64,000 nt of DNA from the NCBI GenBank assembly GCA_963668315.1, contig OY764216.1, forward strand, positions 160,001 to 224,000, given 5' to 3'. Under the pieces are notes generated by a model. The model was not told the DNA's origin. It saw nothing but the letters and a program-made list of their open reading frames with translations, and did no database searches. Of the stretch, positions 9,811 to 19,031 are shown in pieces; the first letter of the stretch is position 1; each line of letters begins with the position of its first letter. Source of the DNA: Spirochaetia bacterium (GTDB taxonomy: Bacteria; Spirochaetota; Spirochaetia; DSM-2461). Both the position numbers and the translations under genes were made by a program.

Positions 9811-10881
9811 TCAGAGAACCCGCCTGTCCCACAGGTGAATGGGATGGAATTTCTCATGAAAGCTTTCGGGGACAAGAAACCTCAGCGCTTTGTGTTTGAC
9901 CTTGAGGCTGATTTCTCCATCCGTGCGGTATAGCTCTCCGTCGATATGGAAAAGCCGTTCTCCCCGGGAGGAAAAATGGGTTCCCCTGACCTTATAGTGC
10001 TCGATGAGGGGCAGGCCTTTCCTGGCGTACCTTTTATTGATATTCTGATGCATCCCGTTCCAGAGAGAGAACATATTCCTTAAGACAGCCGTCCGGCTGA
10101 TCAGATTATAAAGATAGACATCCATATAGCCGTCGTTGCATACCACATCGGGACAGATTTTATAATACCAGCCGTAATAGGGCCTGACCCCGATTTCGAT
10201 GAGGGGGGCCCCTGTCTCCAGAGTGTACTCCCTGAAGGGAAATTCCGCATTGGTCCGTGTCCCCCTGAAGGCAAACCTGCCCTCTTTCATGGTAAGAACC
10301 TGGGGGTCGGAAAGAAGCCGGGCTCCCCGGGAAACCGTTTGAACCGCCGGAACGATATAGGGGATGAAACCGGAACGGGGGGAATGATCCTGTCCCTGCC
10401 GCGTGATTCTGTTCCGCGCATCCAGGGCTTGCGCATCCAGTCCCGTTCCGAAGAGCTGCCCGTATCTGACCTTGCCGTTAAAGGAGATCTTCAAAAGATC
10501 TACCTTCTGGGTATACCCCTTTTCCATGCTGTCCAGGTAGGTCTTAACCTGGGCATTAAGCTTTTTGGGGACCTCATAGCTGTCTTGAATCCCGTTGCCG
10601 CTTCCGCCCCTGAGAAAACCGACGGCCAGCTGTCCCCTTCTCCGGGCGTCCGCCTTTTTCATCAGGCTGTTCAATGCCAGGTTGGCCGTGCCGTCCCCGC
10701 CCCAGATGAGAAGATAGGAGTCATCGCTTTTGATGAAATCGCCAATCAGGGCCTTGAAGTGGTCCTCGCTCCGGCTCTCAAAAACCGTTCCCCGGGGAAT
10801 ATACTTTATCAGCCCCTTCAGCTGCTTGGCATAGCGGGGATAGCGGGCGGGATTGATTATAAGCTGAAAGCGTTTTTTCAC
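9811..10881 (-). CDS. Diacylglycerol kinase family (YegS/DAGK-like) lipid kinase
   Basis: IINP, WGGDGT, GGSGNG, G.GLDA and FHIDGE motifs. Confidence 0.85.
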   Translation of the reverse strand: MKKRFQLIINPARYPRYAKQLKGLIKYIPRGTVFESRSEDHFKALIGDFIKSDDSYLLIWGGDGTANLALNSLMKKADARRRGQLAVGFLRGGSGNGIQDSYEVPKKLNAQVKTYLDSMEKGYTQKVDLLKISFNGKVRYGQLFGTGLDAQALDARNRITRQGQDHSPRSGFIPYIVPAVQTVSRGARLLSDPQVLTMKEGRFAFRGTRTNAEFPFREYTLETGAPLIEIGVRPYYGWYYKICPDVVCNDGYMDVYLYNLISRTAVLRNMFSLWNGMHQNINKRYARKGLPLIEHYKVRGTHFSSRGERLFHIDGELYRTDGEISLKVKHKALRFLVPESFHEKFHPIHLWDRRVL

Positions 10882-10953
10882 CGGGACTCCTTACCCATTA
10901 TGGTATGTCCGGAGGCGGGAGGATTCAACCCCTTTCCCCCGGTCCCCGCTCAT

Positions 10954-11748
10954 TTATTCCGGAGATAAGCCGAAAAGTCCCGCCGTTCTCTCCAGGGATG
11001 TCCAGATATCCCCCCCGGGCCTGTACTCGTGGCCCACGAACAGAGCGTAATCCGTTTCGTCGATGGCGGCGGTTATGGCCCGGTAGTTCAGTTCCTGGGT
11101 CAGGTCCATATCGCTCCTTCCCGGAACCCCGGCGGTATGAAAATGTCCGATATGGGATATCTGCCCTTTTATCGTTCTGATGATATCCCCTTCCATAATC
11201 TGCATATGATAGATATCGTAGAGCAGTTTCACCCGGGCGCTGTCCACCATGCGGCAGAGGGCCACCCCCTTCTCGGTCCGGTCGAACAAATACCCCGGAT
11301 GGTCGATACGGGAATTAAGGAGCTCCATATTCAGATTCACCCCCTCCCGTTCCGCCAGGGGGGCCATCTTCTCCATGATGCGGGCGCAGTTTTCCAGTCC
11401 CTGCCGGCCGCTCTCCTTTCCGCTGCTGTTTCCTGAAAGGCAGATAAGGCCGGCTATTCCGAACTCTCCCGCGACCCGGATCGATTCGGCCAGCTCCTTC
11501 TCTATGACAGGATGATTTTCCCGACCGGCCATTCCCCTGAGCGGATCGGTGCTGTGACCGCAGAATCCGGCGATCTCCAGACCCGCCGCCTTTGCCTGGG
11601 TAAAGGAGCGGCGAAAGTCTTCCAGATCCCCTCTTTCCCAGAACTCCACCGCGGAAAACCCCATTTGCCGGAGGCGCTTGAAGTCATCCTCTCCGATATC
11701 GGGAGAACCGAAAACCATGGGAATGCATACCGATTGTCTGACAGCCAT
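10954..11748 (-). CDS. Hydroxypyruvate isomerase (Hyi) family TIM-barrel protein
   Basis: ELLNSRIDHPGY, LLYDIYHMQIMEGD, HFHTAGVPGR and GHEY motifs. Confidence 0.9.
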   Translation of the reverse strand: MAVRQSVCIPMVFGSPDIGEDDFKRLRQMGFSAVEFWERGDLEDFRRSFTQAKAAGLEIAGFCGHSTDPLRGMAGRENHPVIEKELAESIRVAGEFGIAGLICLSGNSSGKESGRQGLENCARIMEKMAPLAEREGVNLNMELLNSRIDHPGYLFDRTEKGVALCRMVDSARVKLLYDIYHMQIMEGDIIRTIKGQISHIGHFHTAGVPGRSDMDLTQELNYRAITAAIDETDYALFVGHEYRPGGDIWTSLERTAGLFGLSPE

Positions 11749-11834
11749 AACTAACCTCCCGGCTCTTTCCCCAGGGGCGAAAAAATATAACCCTGAGCAA
11801 TTGACCCTCTGCTCCCATCATAATACCATAGGCC

Positions 11835-12758
11835 ATGGATAAAAAGCAGCCTTCCCCTTCATCGTCCCGTGAAACCGGACTTTTTTCGGCTTTCTCGGCC
11901 TATGTCATCTGGGGGATACTCCCGCTATACTGGAAAGGACTCACCGGCGTCCCCTCGGCGGAGCTTCTGGCCTGGCGTGTCACGGGATGCGCCGTTCTTG
12001 CCTGGGCCGTACTGATACTCCGGCGCCGCCCCCTGGCCCTGCTCCGCCCGACAGACGGGGAAGCGGCACATTCCGGTATGGTTATCCGTGTCCTCGCCGC
12101 CGCGATACTGATCGGCCTGAACTGGGGGGTCTACCTCTGGGCCGTGGAAACGGAAAAAATGGTGGAAGCCAGCCTGGGCTACTATATCAATCCTCTGGTC
12201 AATGTGTTTCTGGGAATGATCTTTTTCTCGGAAAAGCTGGGAAAAATCCGCTTCGCGGCCCTGATGCTGGCCTTTATCGGCGTAATGATTATGACAGTTC
12301 AGAGCGGCGTGGTGCCCTGGGTCAGCCTGGCCCTGGCGCTCACCTTCGGCCTTTACGCCCTGGTGACAAAGCAGTTTCCCTCCTCCGTGGACAGCATCGA
12401 AGCTCTGGGCTGGGAAATGGTTGTCCTGGGACCTCTCGGAGTCCTTTACCTTTTACGGGAAGGGATCAACGGGACCTGGCATATCGCCGGCTTCGGCCTG
12501 CAGATAACGGTTCTCCTCCTCTTTGCCGGAGCCATCACCCTGCTGCCCCTGTGGCTCTTCGGAAGGGGGGCGAAAAAACTGCCCCTGGGCGTTCTGGGAT
12601 TTCTCCAGTATATCGCCCCGACCATGATGCTCCTTCTGGGCGTGGCGGCATTCGGGGAACCCTTCGGCTGGGGAAAGGCGGCGGCATTTTTCTTCATCCT
12701 CGTCGCCCTGGGACTCTACTCCTCCACTTTCAAAAAAAAGCAGGACGGCAGCACCTGA
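11835..12758 (+). CDS. rarD: RarD EamA-family transporter
   Basis: AYVIWGILPLYWK, EASLGYYINPLVNV and GFLQYIAPT motifs; about 10 TM segments. Confidence 0.9.
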   Translation: MDKKQPSPSSSRETGLFSAFSAYVIWGILPLYWKGLTGVPSAELLAWRVTGCAVLAWAVLILRRRPLALLRPTDGEAAHSGMVIRVLAAAILIGLNWGVYLWAVETEKMVEASLGYYINPLVNVFLGMIFFSEKLGKIRFAALMLAFIGVMIMTVQSGVVPWVSLALALTFGLYALVTKQFPSSVDSIEALGWEMVVLGPLGVLYLLREGINGTWHIAGFGLQITVLLLFAGAITLLPLWLFGRGAKKLPLGVLGFLQYIAPTMMLLLGVAAFGEPFGWGKAAAFFFILVALGLYSSTFKKKQDGST

Positions 12759-12786
12759 CGATGAAAAAAGACGAAGCCCTTCGCCC

Positions 12787-13620
12787 TTAATCCCTTACAA
12801 TCACCGCTTTCTCTTTCAGCCCCGACAGCACTTCGCTGACAAGCCTGTCCCGTTCTCTCCCCTCGAGCATTTTCACGATATCCCCTTTGATCTTCTCAAA
12901 TTCCAGGGGCAGGGAGGGAATCTTCTCATGAACAAGAACAATGTGATAGCCGAAGGGCGTCTGGAAAATATCACTGACCTCACCGGGTTTGAGGGCAAAA
13001 GCCACATTCTCAAACTTCTCCACCATCTTTCCCCGGGGAAAGGTTCCCAGGTCTCCCCCCTGGCCGTTGGAATCGGAGTATTTCTCGGCCGCCCGCTCAA
13101 AGGGCATCCCCTTCGCCAGGTCCTTCTGAGCTTCCAGAATCTCCTGAAGAGCCTTGTTGGGATCAACTCCGTCACCGAACGTGTGACGCACGATATGGGA
13201 GCAGTGAATCTGTTCGGGAACGATAAACTTCTCCCGGTTCTCGTCAAATTCCCTTCTCACCTCTTCCTCCGAAACAGAGATTCCTTCAAAGAGCCGGGAA
13301 AAATAGACCTCCTGCCGTATCTGCCCTTCGATATCGCTCCAGATAACGGCTTTCTGCTCCTCGTTGGGCTTGCGGTCTTCGGGATAGCGGGACAGGACAT
13401 CGCTAAAGGCTTTATCCACCTGTTTCACGCTGACCTGGGGAACCTCTTCTTCCGCTTTCAGCCAGAATAAAAACTGATCGATCACATTTCTCTCGGTAAT
13501 ATCCCTCAGTTCCTCTTCGCCGATCCTAACCGGTTCGGGACTGTCGGCCTGAAGCCGGGAAAGCCTGTCATACTCACGATGAAACATATAATGGGGCACG
13601 GCCCTGTCGTTAATTGTCAT
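12787..13620 (-). CDS. Parvulin (PpiC-type) peptidyl-prolyl isomerase without signal peptide
   Basis: CSHIV, FERAAEKYSD, GGDLGTFPRGKMVEKFENVAF and TPFGYHIV motifs. Start placed at MTINDR (13620); 13632 is the alternative. Confidence 0.88.
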   Translation of the reverse strand: MTINDRAVPHYMFHREYDRLSRLQADSPEPVRIGEEELRDITERNVIDQFLFWLKAEEEVPQVSVKQVDKAFSDVLSRYPEDRKPNEEQKAVIWSDIEGQIRQEVYFSRLFEGISVSEEEVRREFDENREKFIVPEQIHCSHIVRHTFGDGVDPNKALQEILEAQKDLAKGMPFERAAEKYSDSNGQGGDLGTFPRGKMVEKFENVAFALKPGEVSDIFQTPFGYHIVLVHEKIPSLPLEFEKIKGDIVKMLEGRERDRLVSEVLSGLKEKAVIVRD

Positions 13621-13675
13621 ACAGACAAGCATACACCATCAAAGGATTTGGGGAAACCCGGGGGCCTGCCCCGGG

Positions 13676-13760
13676 CCGGGCTATCCGGGGCTCCGGCCTC
13701 CCGGGCGGCTCGCCGCTCCGCGCCTGGGAGTCAGCCCTTCGGGCTCCCCTCCTATCCCTT
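13676..13760 (-). ncRNA. Flavo-1-like structured RNA/repeat, copy 1
   Basis: Minus strand reads AGGGATAGGAGGGG...CCCCGGATAGCCCGG with nested GC-rich hairpins. The termini resemble my recollection of the Flavo-1 motif. Confidence 0.6.
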
Positions 13761-13802
13761 TTCCGTACGCAGAGAAGAGATAGGACCGGATAGTTCTATA
13801 AA

Positions 13803-14576
13803 CTACGCGCTCTGTTTTTCTTCCAGCGAAAGGGCCGCCAGATAGAACCGGTACAGCTCCATGATATACCAGGCGTAGTAAATACCCAGGGTGATGGTGG
13901 AAAGGATGATCCCCTTCAGCATAATGCTGAACAGCCGGCCTCCCTGAGCTTCAAAACGAAAGACTTCGCCGCTGCCGTATGTGACATGGCCGGCCATATA
14001 GGCATAGATTTTCACCATGGCCCAGGGAGTGTAAATTCCCAGGGTAAGGCAGCTGAGCAGCAGCTGAATGAAAAGAACGGAGAAAAAGGAGGCCCCGTCG
14101 GCGGTAAATCCGAAGGACTGGCTGTCAAAGGAAATCTCCCCCAGGAGATAGGCGTAGATCTTGACCAGAGCCCAGGGCAGATAGATGCCCAGGGTGATCA
14201 TGCTCAAGAGTCCCTGGATCAGGATCAGGCTGAAGAACCTTCCCCCCGCTGCGGTGAATTCAAAGTTTTTATTATCATAGCTGGTATGCTCGAGCATGTA
14301 GTTATAGATCTTAATGACCGCCCAGGCATAGTAAATTCCCAGAGTGATAACGCAGAGGAGCCCCTGGACAAGCATGAGACTGAACAGAGGACCGCCCTCT
14401 CCGTCGAAATCGAAGGGTTTTCCGTCCAGGGTCAGATGGGATGTCAGATATTTCTGAATCTTGACGATAGCCCAGGGGCCGTAGATTCCCAGTGTAATCA
14501 AAGTCAGCAATCCCTGAACCAGGATCAAACAGAAATACTCTCCCCCTTTCCCGTTAAAAGCGAAATCTCTTTTCAT
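13803..14576 (-). CDS. YjgN/DUF898 family membrane protein built from five ~50-aa repeats
   Basis: Five copies of F.F...GG..F......GLL..ITLGIY..WA; SD GGAGG before MKRDF. Confidence 0.85.
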   Translation of the reverse strand: MKRDFAFNGKGGEYFCLILVQGLLTLITLGIYGPWAIVKIQKYLTSHLTLDGKPFDFDGEGGPLFSLMLVQGLLCVITLGIYYAWAVIKIYNYMLEHTSYDNKNFEFTAAGGRFFSLILIQGLLSMITLGIYLPWALVKIYAYLLGEISFDSQSFGFTADGASFFSVLFIQLLLSCLTLGIYTPWAMVKIYAYMAGHVTYGSGEVFRFEAQGGRLFSIMLKGIILSTITLGIYYAWYIMELYRFYLAALSLEEKQSA

Positions 14577-14597
14577 ATTATCCTCCAAAGATATTTA

Positions 14598-14894
14598 TCA
14601 TCCGGCCTGCACAGCCGATTGTGACGAGAAAACAGCCGCCCTGCGTATGAAAAAACCGCAGATTGTCGGCTCTTTTGGCAAAGAATCAAGGACATAGCCT
14701 TTATCCAGGAGGCTCAGAAGTCTCCGGTATCTCTTTTCGCGGTTTTTTCCATCGAGAATCAGCATGGCGGTGATACAGAGAGCCTGCCAGGCGGGAAGGA
14801 AAATCCAGAAAGAGCAGCGGACGGCGCATCCTGTGAGGAATACCGTCATCAGAAGGGAAAGTAATACCGGGAAATGAACCAATAACTTTGACAT
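14598..14894 (-). CDS. Small hypothetical membrane protein
   Basis: 98 aa, two hydrophobic segments, co-oriented just upstream of the DUF898 gene. Confidence 0.5.
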   Translation of the reverse strand: MSKLLVHFPVLLSLLMTVFLTGCAVRCSFWIFLPAWQALCITAMLILDGKNREKRYRRLLSLLDKGYVLDSLPKEPTICGFFIRRAAVFSSQSAVQAG

Positions 14895-14941
14895 TTAAGT
14901 ATATTTTAAGGGAGGAATGTTCACTTTTCAAGAAAATGGAT

Positions 14942-14972
14942 AAAAAAAAGCCGTCCGCGGAAACGGACGGCT
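14942..14972 (-). terminator. Intrinsic terminator of the kinase-dehydrogenase-gatZ operon
   Basis: AGCCGTCCG/CGGACGGCT 9-bp stem followed by a T-run on the minus strand. Confidence 0.85.
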
Positions 14973-14989
14973 CTGCTGCAGAGATACCC

Positions 14990-16306
14990 CTATCTCCCCG
15001 AAAGCCCGCAGGCACGGGCGTAAATTCCCACCACGTCGCGTATACGGCTGATGATCAGCTCCTGCGCGACGGGGGCGATTTTACCCTCCTGAACGGCATT
15101 ATACTGATTGGGCATATACTGGCTCAAGATGGAGAGGGGGATGCCCGTCTCATCCAGATTTTTCTTCAGAACCTCGATGGAGGCGGTCAGTTCGTCCTTG
15201 GGCCAGTAGTACCGGCTCCTGTCGCTGAAGCTGTATTTCCTCTTGAACAGCTGGGCCGCCTCATCTCCGGGATAGTATTTTTTCCAATATTTCGGATCGG
15301 CCGTCATAACCTTTTCCAGGGTATCCCGCAGGCAGGAGAGGGGCTTCCCCGACCCTTTCAGCAGTTCCTTCTCCATCTCTTCCAGAGAGAAGAGGGCTTC
15401 TCTGAAGGCAAAGGTGACCCAGGGGCCCACTTTCAGGATGCAGTAGTGATCCTCCACAAGACGGGTAAGTCCCGTCTCGCTCTGATAATCGGTGGAATGG
15501 GCTTCGTAGATGAAGTTCCCCGTCTTTTCGATCATGCCGCTCAAACCGGCGGCGGCGTCCCGGTTGTAGTGGAAGACCTGATCGTCCCCGAACTCCACGC
15601 CGGGCTGAACGACCACGCCCACAACCCTTTTCCAGGCGTCTTCAAGAGAACGGGCGGTAAAGGCGGCTTTGGTTACCTCTATGGTCCTGGACGCGTCTTC
15701 GGGGCTGGTGGGGACAACGGTGTCCTCCTCTTCCTGGGCTCCGCCGGGAATGGGCACTTCAGTTCCGATGATATACACCAGCTCGCAGGGGCCGGTCCGG
15801 TTTTCCCGCCAGCTTTTCTCCGCCGTCTCGCACAGTTCGGCCGCCCGGGCCGAAACGATCTCGTCGGCCAGAGGCTTATGCCTGTCCCCTTCGTCGTCGG
15901 CGCAGAACATGCTGGCGTCCAGGTGGATTTTCTCGTATCCCGCTTTCACATAGTCGTAGACCAGGGTCCGGGCGTTTTCCATTGCCTCGGCCGCGGGCTT
16001 GCCCTGCCAGGCGTTCGGCCCCAGGTGGTCCCCCCCCAGCATCAGCTTATCCCCGGGGAAACCGCACTCCCCGGCGATCTCCTTCACATAGGCGACGAAC
16101 TGCTCCGGGGTTTTGCCCGTATAGCCGCCGAACTGGTCCACCTGGTTGCTGGTGGACTCCAGAAGCAGGAGGGAGCCGTCTTCCTTCGCCTGGGCCATGC
16201 TGGCCCTTATCACATCGGGATGGGCGGAACAGATGGAATAGATCCCCCTTGCCCTGCCTTCCCGGTTATCCTTCATCAGCTGCAGAAATTCCTGTACCGC
16301 TCCCAT
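14990..16306 (-). CDS. gatZ: GatZ/KbaZ family protein (tagatose-6-phosphate 4-epimerase / aldolase accessory subunit)
   Basis: SICSAHP, TSNQVDQFGGYTG, GGDHLGPN, IGTEVPIPGG, VVQPGVEF, EAHSTDYQ and SDRSRYYW motifs. Confidence 0.92.
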   Translation of the reverse strand: MGAVQEFLQLMKDNREGRARGIYSICSAHPDVIRASMAQAKEDGSLLLLESTSNQVDQFGGYTGKTPEQFVAYVKEIAGECGFPGDKLMLGGDHLGPNAWQGKPAAEAMENARTLVYDYVKAGYEKIHLDASMFCADDEGDRHKPLADEIVSARAAELCETAEKSWRENRTGPCELVYIIGTEVPIPGGAQEEEDTVVPTSPEDASRTIEVTKAAFTARSLEDAWKRVVGVVVQPGVEFGDDQVFHYNRDAAAGLSGMIEKTGNFIYEAHSTDYQSETGLTRLVEDHYCILKVGPWVTFAFREALFSLEEMEKELLKGSGKPLSCLRDTLEKVMTADPKYWKKYYPGDEAAQLFKRKYSFSDRSRYYWPKDELTASIEVLKKNLDETGIPLSILSQYMPNQYNAVQEGKIAPVAQELIISRIRDVVGIYARACGLSGR

Positions 16307-17367
16307 CAGTTCTCCTCCCCGTTGCAGACAAACAGAATCTTTCCTTTCACCTTCCCCCTCACCTGAAGGTCGTCCACCGCCGTTTTGGCTTCGGCAAGGG
16401 GAACCTTCCTGTCAATCAGGACATCGGTGCGGATTTTTCCCGCCTTGAAAAGCTCCACCGCCTGGGTCCACTCCCAGCCGGGGTAGGGGGCGGAATAGTT
16501 CATCCAGCTGCCCGTCACATGAAGCTCTTTTCTGTTGATCCATTCGAACTCTTTCGGTTCCAGGGTCAAAGGGACATGGGGGGTGCCCACAAACATGACC
16601 GTTCCCTTCCGGGCGGCCAGTTCCAGGCACAGTTTCTCCGTGACGGGGACACCGCCCGTTTCCATGCAGACTTCGTAGCCTTCCCCTCCGGTAAAGGCCA
16701 GGGCTTTCTCCTTGAATCCTTCCTCCAGGGTATTCAGAGCCAGATCGGCCCCCATCTCCCGGGCGGCAGCCAGCCTTTCCTCATCAATATCGAAGACGGC
16801 GGTTTTACCGGCACCCAGGGCTTTCGCCGCCTGGAGGGCCAGAAGTCCGATCGTTCCCATTCCGGTTATGGCCGTGACGGCGCCGCCCCGGTATTTCAGG
16901 AGATTAAAGGCATGCAGGGAGACCGTCAGAGGTTCAAAAAAGGCGCCTTCCTGCAGGGAAACACCCTCGGGCAGGGGAAAGGCATTGGCCTCGGGCATGC
17001 AGACGTACTGGGCGAATCCGCCGGGCTCCCGGGAACCGATGAAACTGTATTTCCTGCTCAGGGAGTAGTTGCCCTGAGCGCTCTGGCTGTCGGACATATC
17101 GGGAATCAGGGGGGCGCAGGAGATCTTCTCGCCGATCCGGCTCTCATTCACCCCTTCGCCTACGCCTTCCACCACCCCGGAGAACTCATGGCCCAGAACG
17201 ATGGGATAGAAATGGGCGCCCCCGTGTATCAGTCGGGGGATATCGGAACCGCATACTCCCGAATAGGCTATTTTTACCAGCACCTCCCCCTTTTTGGGGT
17301 CGGGCTTGGGAAAATTCTCATAACGGATATCTCCGTCTCCATACAATACGGCTGCTTTCATCATCAT
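16306..17367 (-). CDS. Zn-dependent polyol dehydrogenase (galactitol-1-phosphate dehydrogenase-like)
   Basis: GVCGSD, GHEFSG, GAFFEP and GMGTIG motifs. Confidence 0.85.
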   Translation of the reverse strand: MMMKAAVLYGDGDIRYENFPKPDPKKGEVLVKIAYSGVCGSDIPRLIHGGAHFYPIVLGHEFSGVVEGVGEGVNESRIGEKISCAPLIPDMSDSQSAQGNYSLSRKYSFIGSREPGGFAQYVCMPEANAFPLPEGVSLQEGAFFEPLTVSLHAFNLLKYRGGAVTAITGMGTIGLLALQAAKALGAGKTAVFDIDEERLAAAREMGADLALNTLEEGFKEKALAFTGGEGYEVCMETGGVPVTEKLCLELAARKGTVMFVGTPHVPLTLEPKEFEWINRKELHVTGSWMNYSAPYPGWEWTQAVELFKAGKIRTDVLIDRKVPLAEAKTAVDDLQVRGKVKGKILFVCNGEEN

Positions 17368-17391
17368 TGCTTCCTTATCAGCGCGCGGCTG

Positions 17392-18894
17392 TTAGATTTC
17401 ATCGTATTTTCCGGCGATTCGGCTCAGCTCTCCGTAGGTGCTGTCCAAACTGTCATATAGTCCGGCGAATACCCGGAACATCTCTTCGTAATACTCTTTC
17501 CTGTTCTCATTGGGAACAAAGCCGCTCCCCCGGGGGCGCAGGGCCAGGGCCTCTTCGGGGGAAGCGAACAGGCCCGCTCCCAATCCGGCGATAATGGCCG
17601 TGCCCAGAGGCGCCGCGTCTTCCAGGCCGGTGGGGAATATCTCCTTCCCGGTGATATCGGCGAAGAACTGGTTCCACTGATCGTTCCGGGCGCATCCTCC
17701 GGTCAGGGATACGGCGGCTATCGGCTCCTCGGTCTCCTCTTCGATCATCCCGAAGATCCGGCGGCAGCCGAAAGCGGTGCTCTCCATAATGGACCGGACG
17801 ATTTCGGCGCGGCCCATTTCGGGGGACAGGCCGAAGAAGCAGCCCCGTGTGTCGTTGTTCCAGAGGGGCGCCCTCTGGCCGATCATATAGGGAAGGAAAA
17901 GAAGGGGAACCGAACGGCCCTCCGTTTCCAGAGCCAGTCTGTCCAGCTCGTCATAGGGGACTCCCAGGATATCCCGGAACCAGCGCAGCCCGGAGCCTCC
18001 GAAGTCCACCCCTCCGTTGATGAGCCACCGGCCCCTGATGCCGTGATGGTAAAGGAGCAGATCGCCCCGTTTCATGGGTCGGTCGATGGAGGTGCCCACA
18101 TTGGTGGCTGTTCCCGCAGAGATATAGGTCTCCCCCACGCCGATAACGCCCAGCCCCAGGACGGCGGCGGGATTATCCATGGAACCGGCCACCACGGGAA
18201 TCCCCGGGACAAGACCGGTTTCTTCGGCGGCTTTTTCTGTAAGCCGGCCCACAATATCGGAACATTCAAAGACGGGGGGGAATTTCTCCCGGTCCAGCCC
18301 GGCGGCCGCCAGAAGCTCATCGGACCAGGTTCCGTCGGCCGCATCGCAGAGATTGGAAAGGCCGCACTGGGTGATATCCATGGAGAAGACACCGGTCAGG
18401 CGGTGTACAAGATATCCGTTGGCATGGAGAAAAGAGAAGGTTTTATCGTAGATTTCCGGTTCTTCATCGCGAATCCACATGGCCTTGGCGGCAAAGAAGG
18501 AGGGATCCGCCCTGTTGCCGCCCAGAGTAATCAGCTTATCCCCTGCTTTTTCCCGGAGGCGGGCGCACTGCCTGTCCCCCCGGCGGTCAAGCCAGATCAT
18601 GGCGGGCCTGAGGGGTATGCCTTCCCGGTCGACGGCGACAAGGGTCGTACTCATGGCATCGATACCGATGGCGGCGATATCCTGCGGTTCAATTCCGCTT
18701 CGTTCAAGCAGAACACGGCAGCCGGCGGCCAGTGCCTCCCACCAGTCTTCCGCCCGGTGTTCCGCCCGGTCCCTGCCCGGATAGCTTGTCGCATATTCCC
18801 GCTTTTCTCCGTCGATAAGATTCAACTCTTCATCATATAAAGCGGCTTTCGTACTGGAGGTTCCCACGTCAACGGCCAGAATATATTTTTTCAT
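17392..18894 (-). CDS. FGGY-family carbohydrate kinase (xylulokinase-like)
   Basis: DVGTSSTKA, IWLDRR, FLPYMIGQRAPLW and TGGCA motifs. Confidence 0.9.
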   Translation of the reverse strand: MKKYILAVDVGTSSTKAALYDEELNLIDGEKREYATSYPGRDRAEHRAEDWWEALAAGCRVLLERSGIEPQDIAAIGIDAMSTTLVAVDREGIPLRPAMIWLDRRGDRQCARLREKAGDKLITLGGNRADPSFFAAKAMWIRDEEPEIYDKTFSFLHANGYLVHRLTGVFSMDITQCGLSNLCDAADGTWSDELLAAAGLDREKFPPVFECSDIVGRLTEKAAEETGLVPGIPVVAGSMDNPAAVLGLGVIGVGETYISAGTATNVGTSIDRPMKRGDLLLYHHGIRGRWLINGGVDFGGSGLRWFRDILGVPYDELDRLALETEGRSVPLLFLPYMIGQRAPLWNNDTRGCFFGLSPEMGRAEIVRSIMESTAFGCRRIFGMIEEETEEPIAAVSLTGGCARNDQWNQFFADITGKEIFPTGLEDAAPLGTAIIAGLGAGLFASPEEALALRPRGSGFVPNENRKEYYEEMFRVFAGLYDSLDSTYGELSRIAGKYDEI

Positions 18895-18931
18895 AACTTC
18901 CCTTATCGTTCTAGTGTTCTAGCACACCAAA

Positions 18932-18960
18932 AGATTACCATAGGCCCATTCACCTGTCAA
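18932..18960 (-). promoter_or_regulatory. Sigma70-type promoter of the sugar kinase operon
   Basis: TTGACA-17 bp-TAATCT. A CTAGAAC direct repeat (18908-18922) lies just downstream. Confidence 0.7.
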
Positions 18961-19031
18961 TAGCGGGTCCTTCAAGAAAAAAGGGTGAGGGATTTGTATT
19001 TTGCCTGCCAATAACTTAAAATTTACACGAT

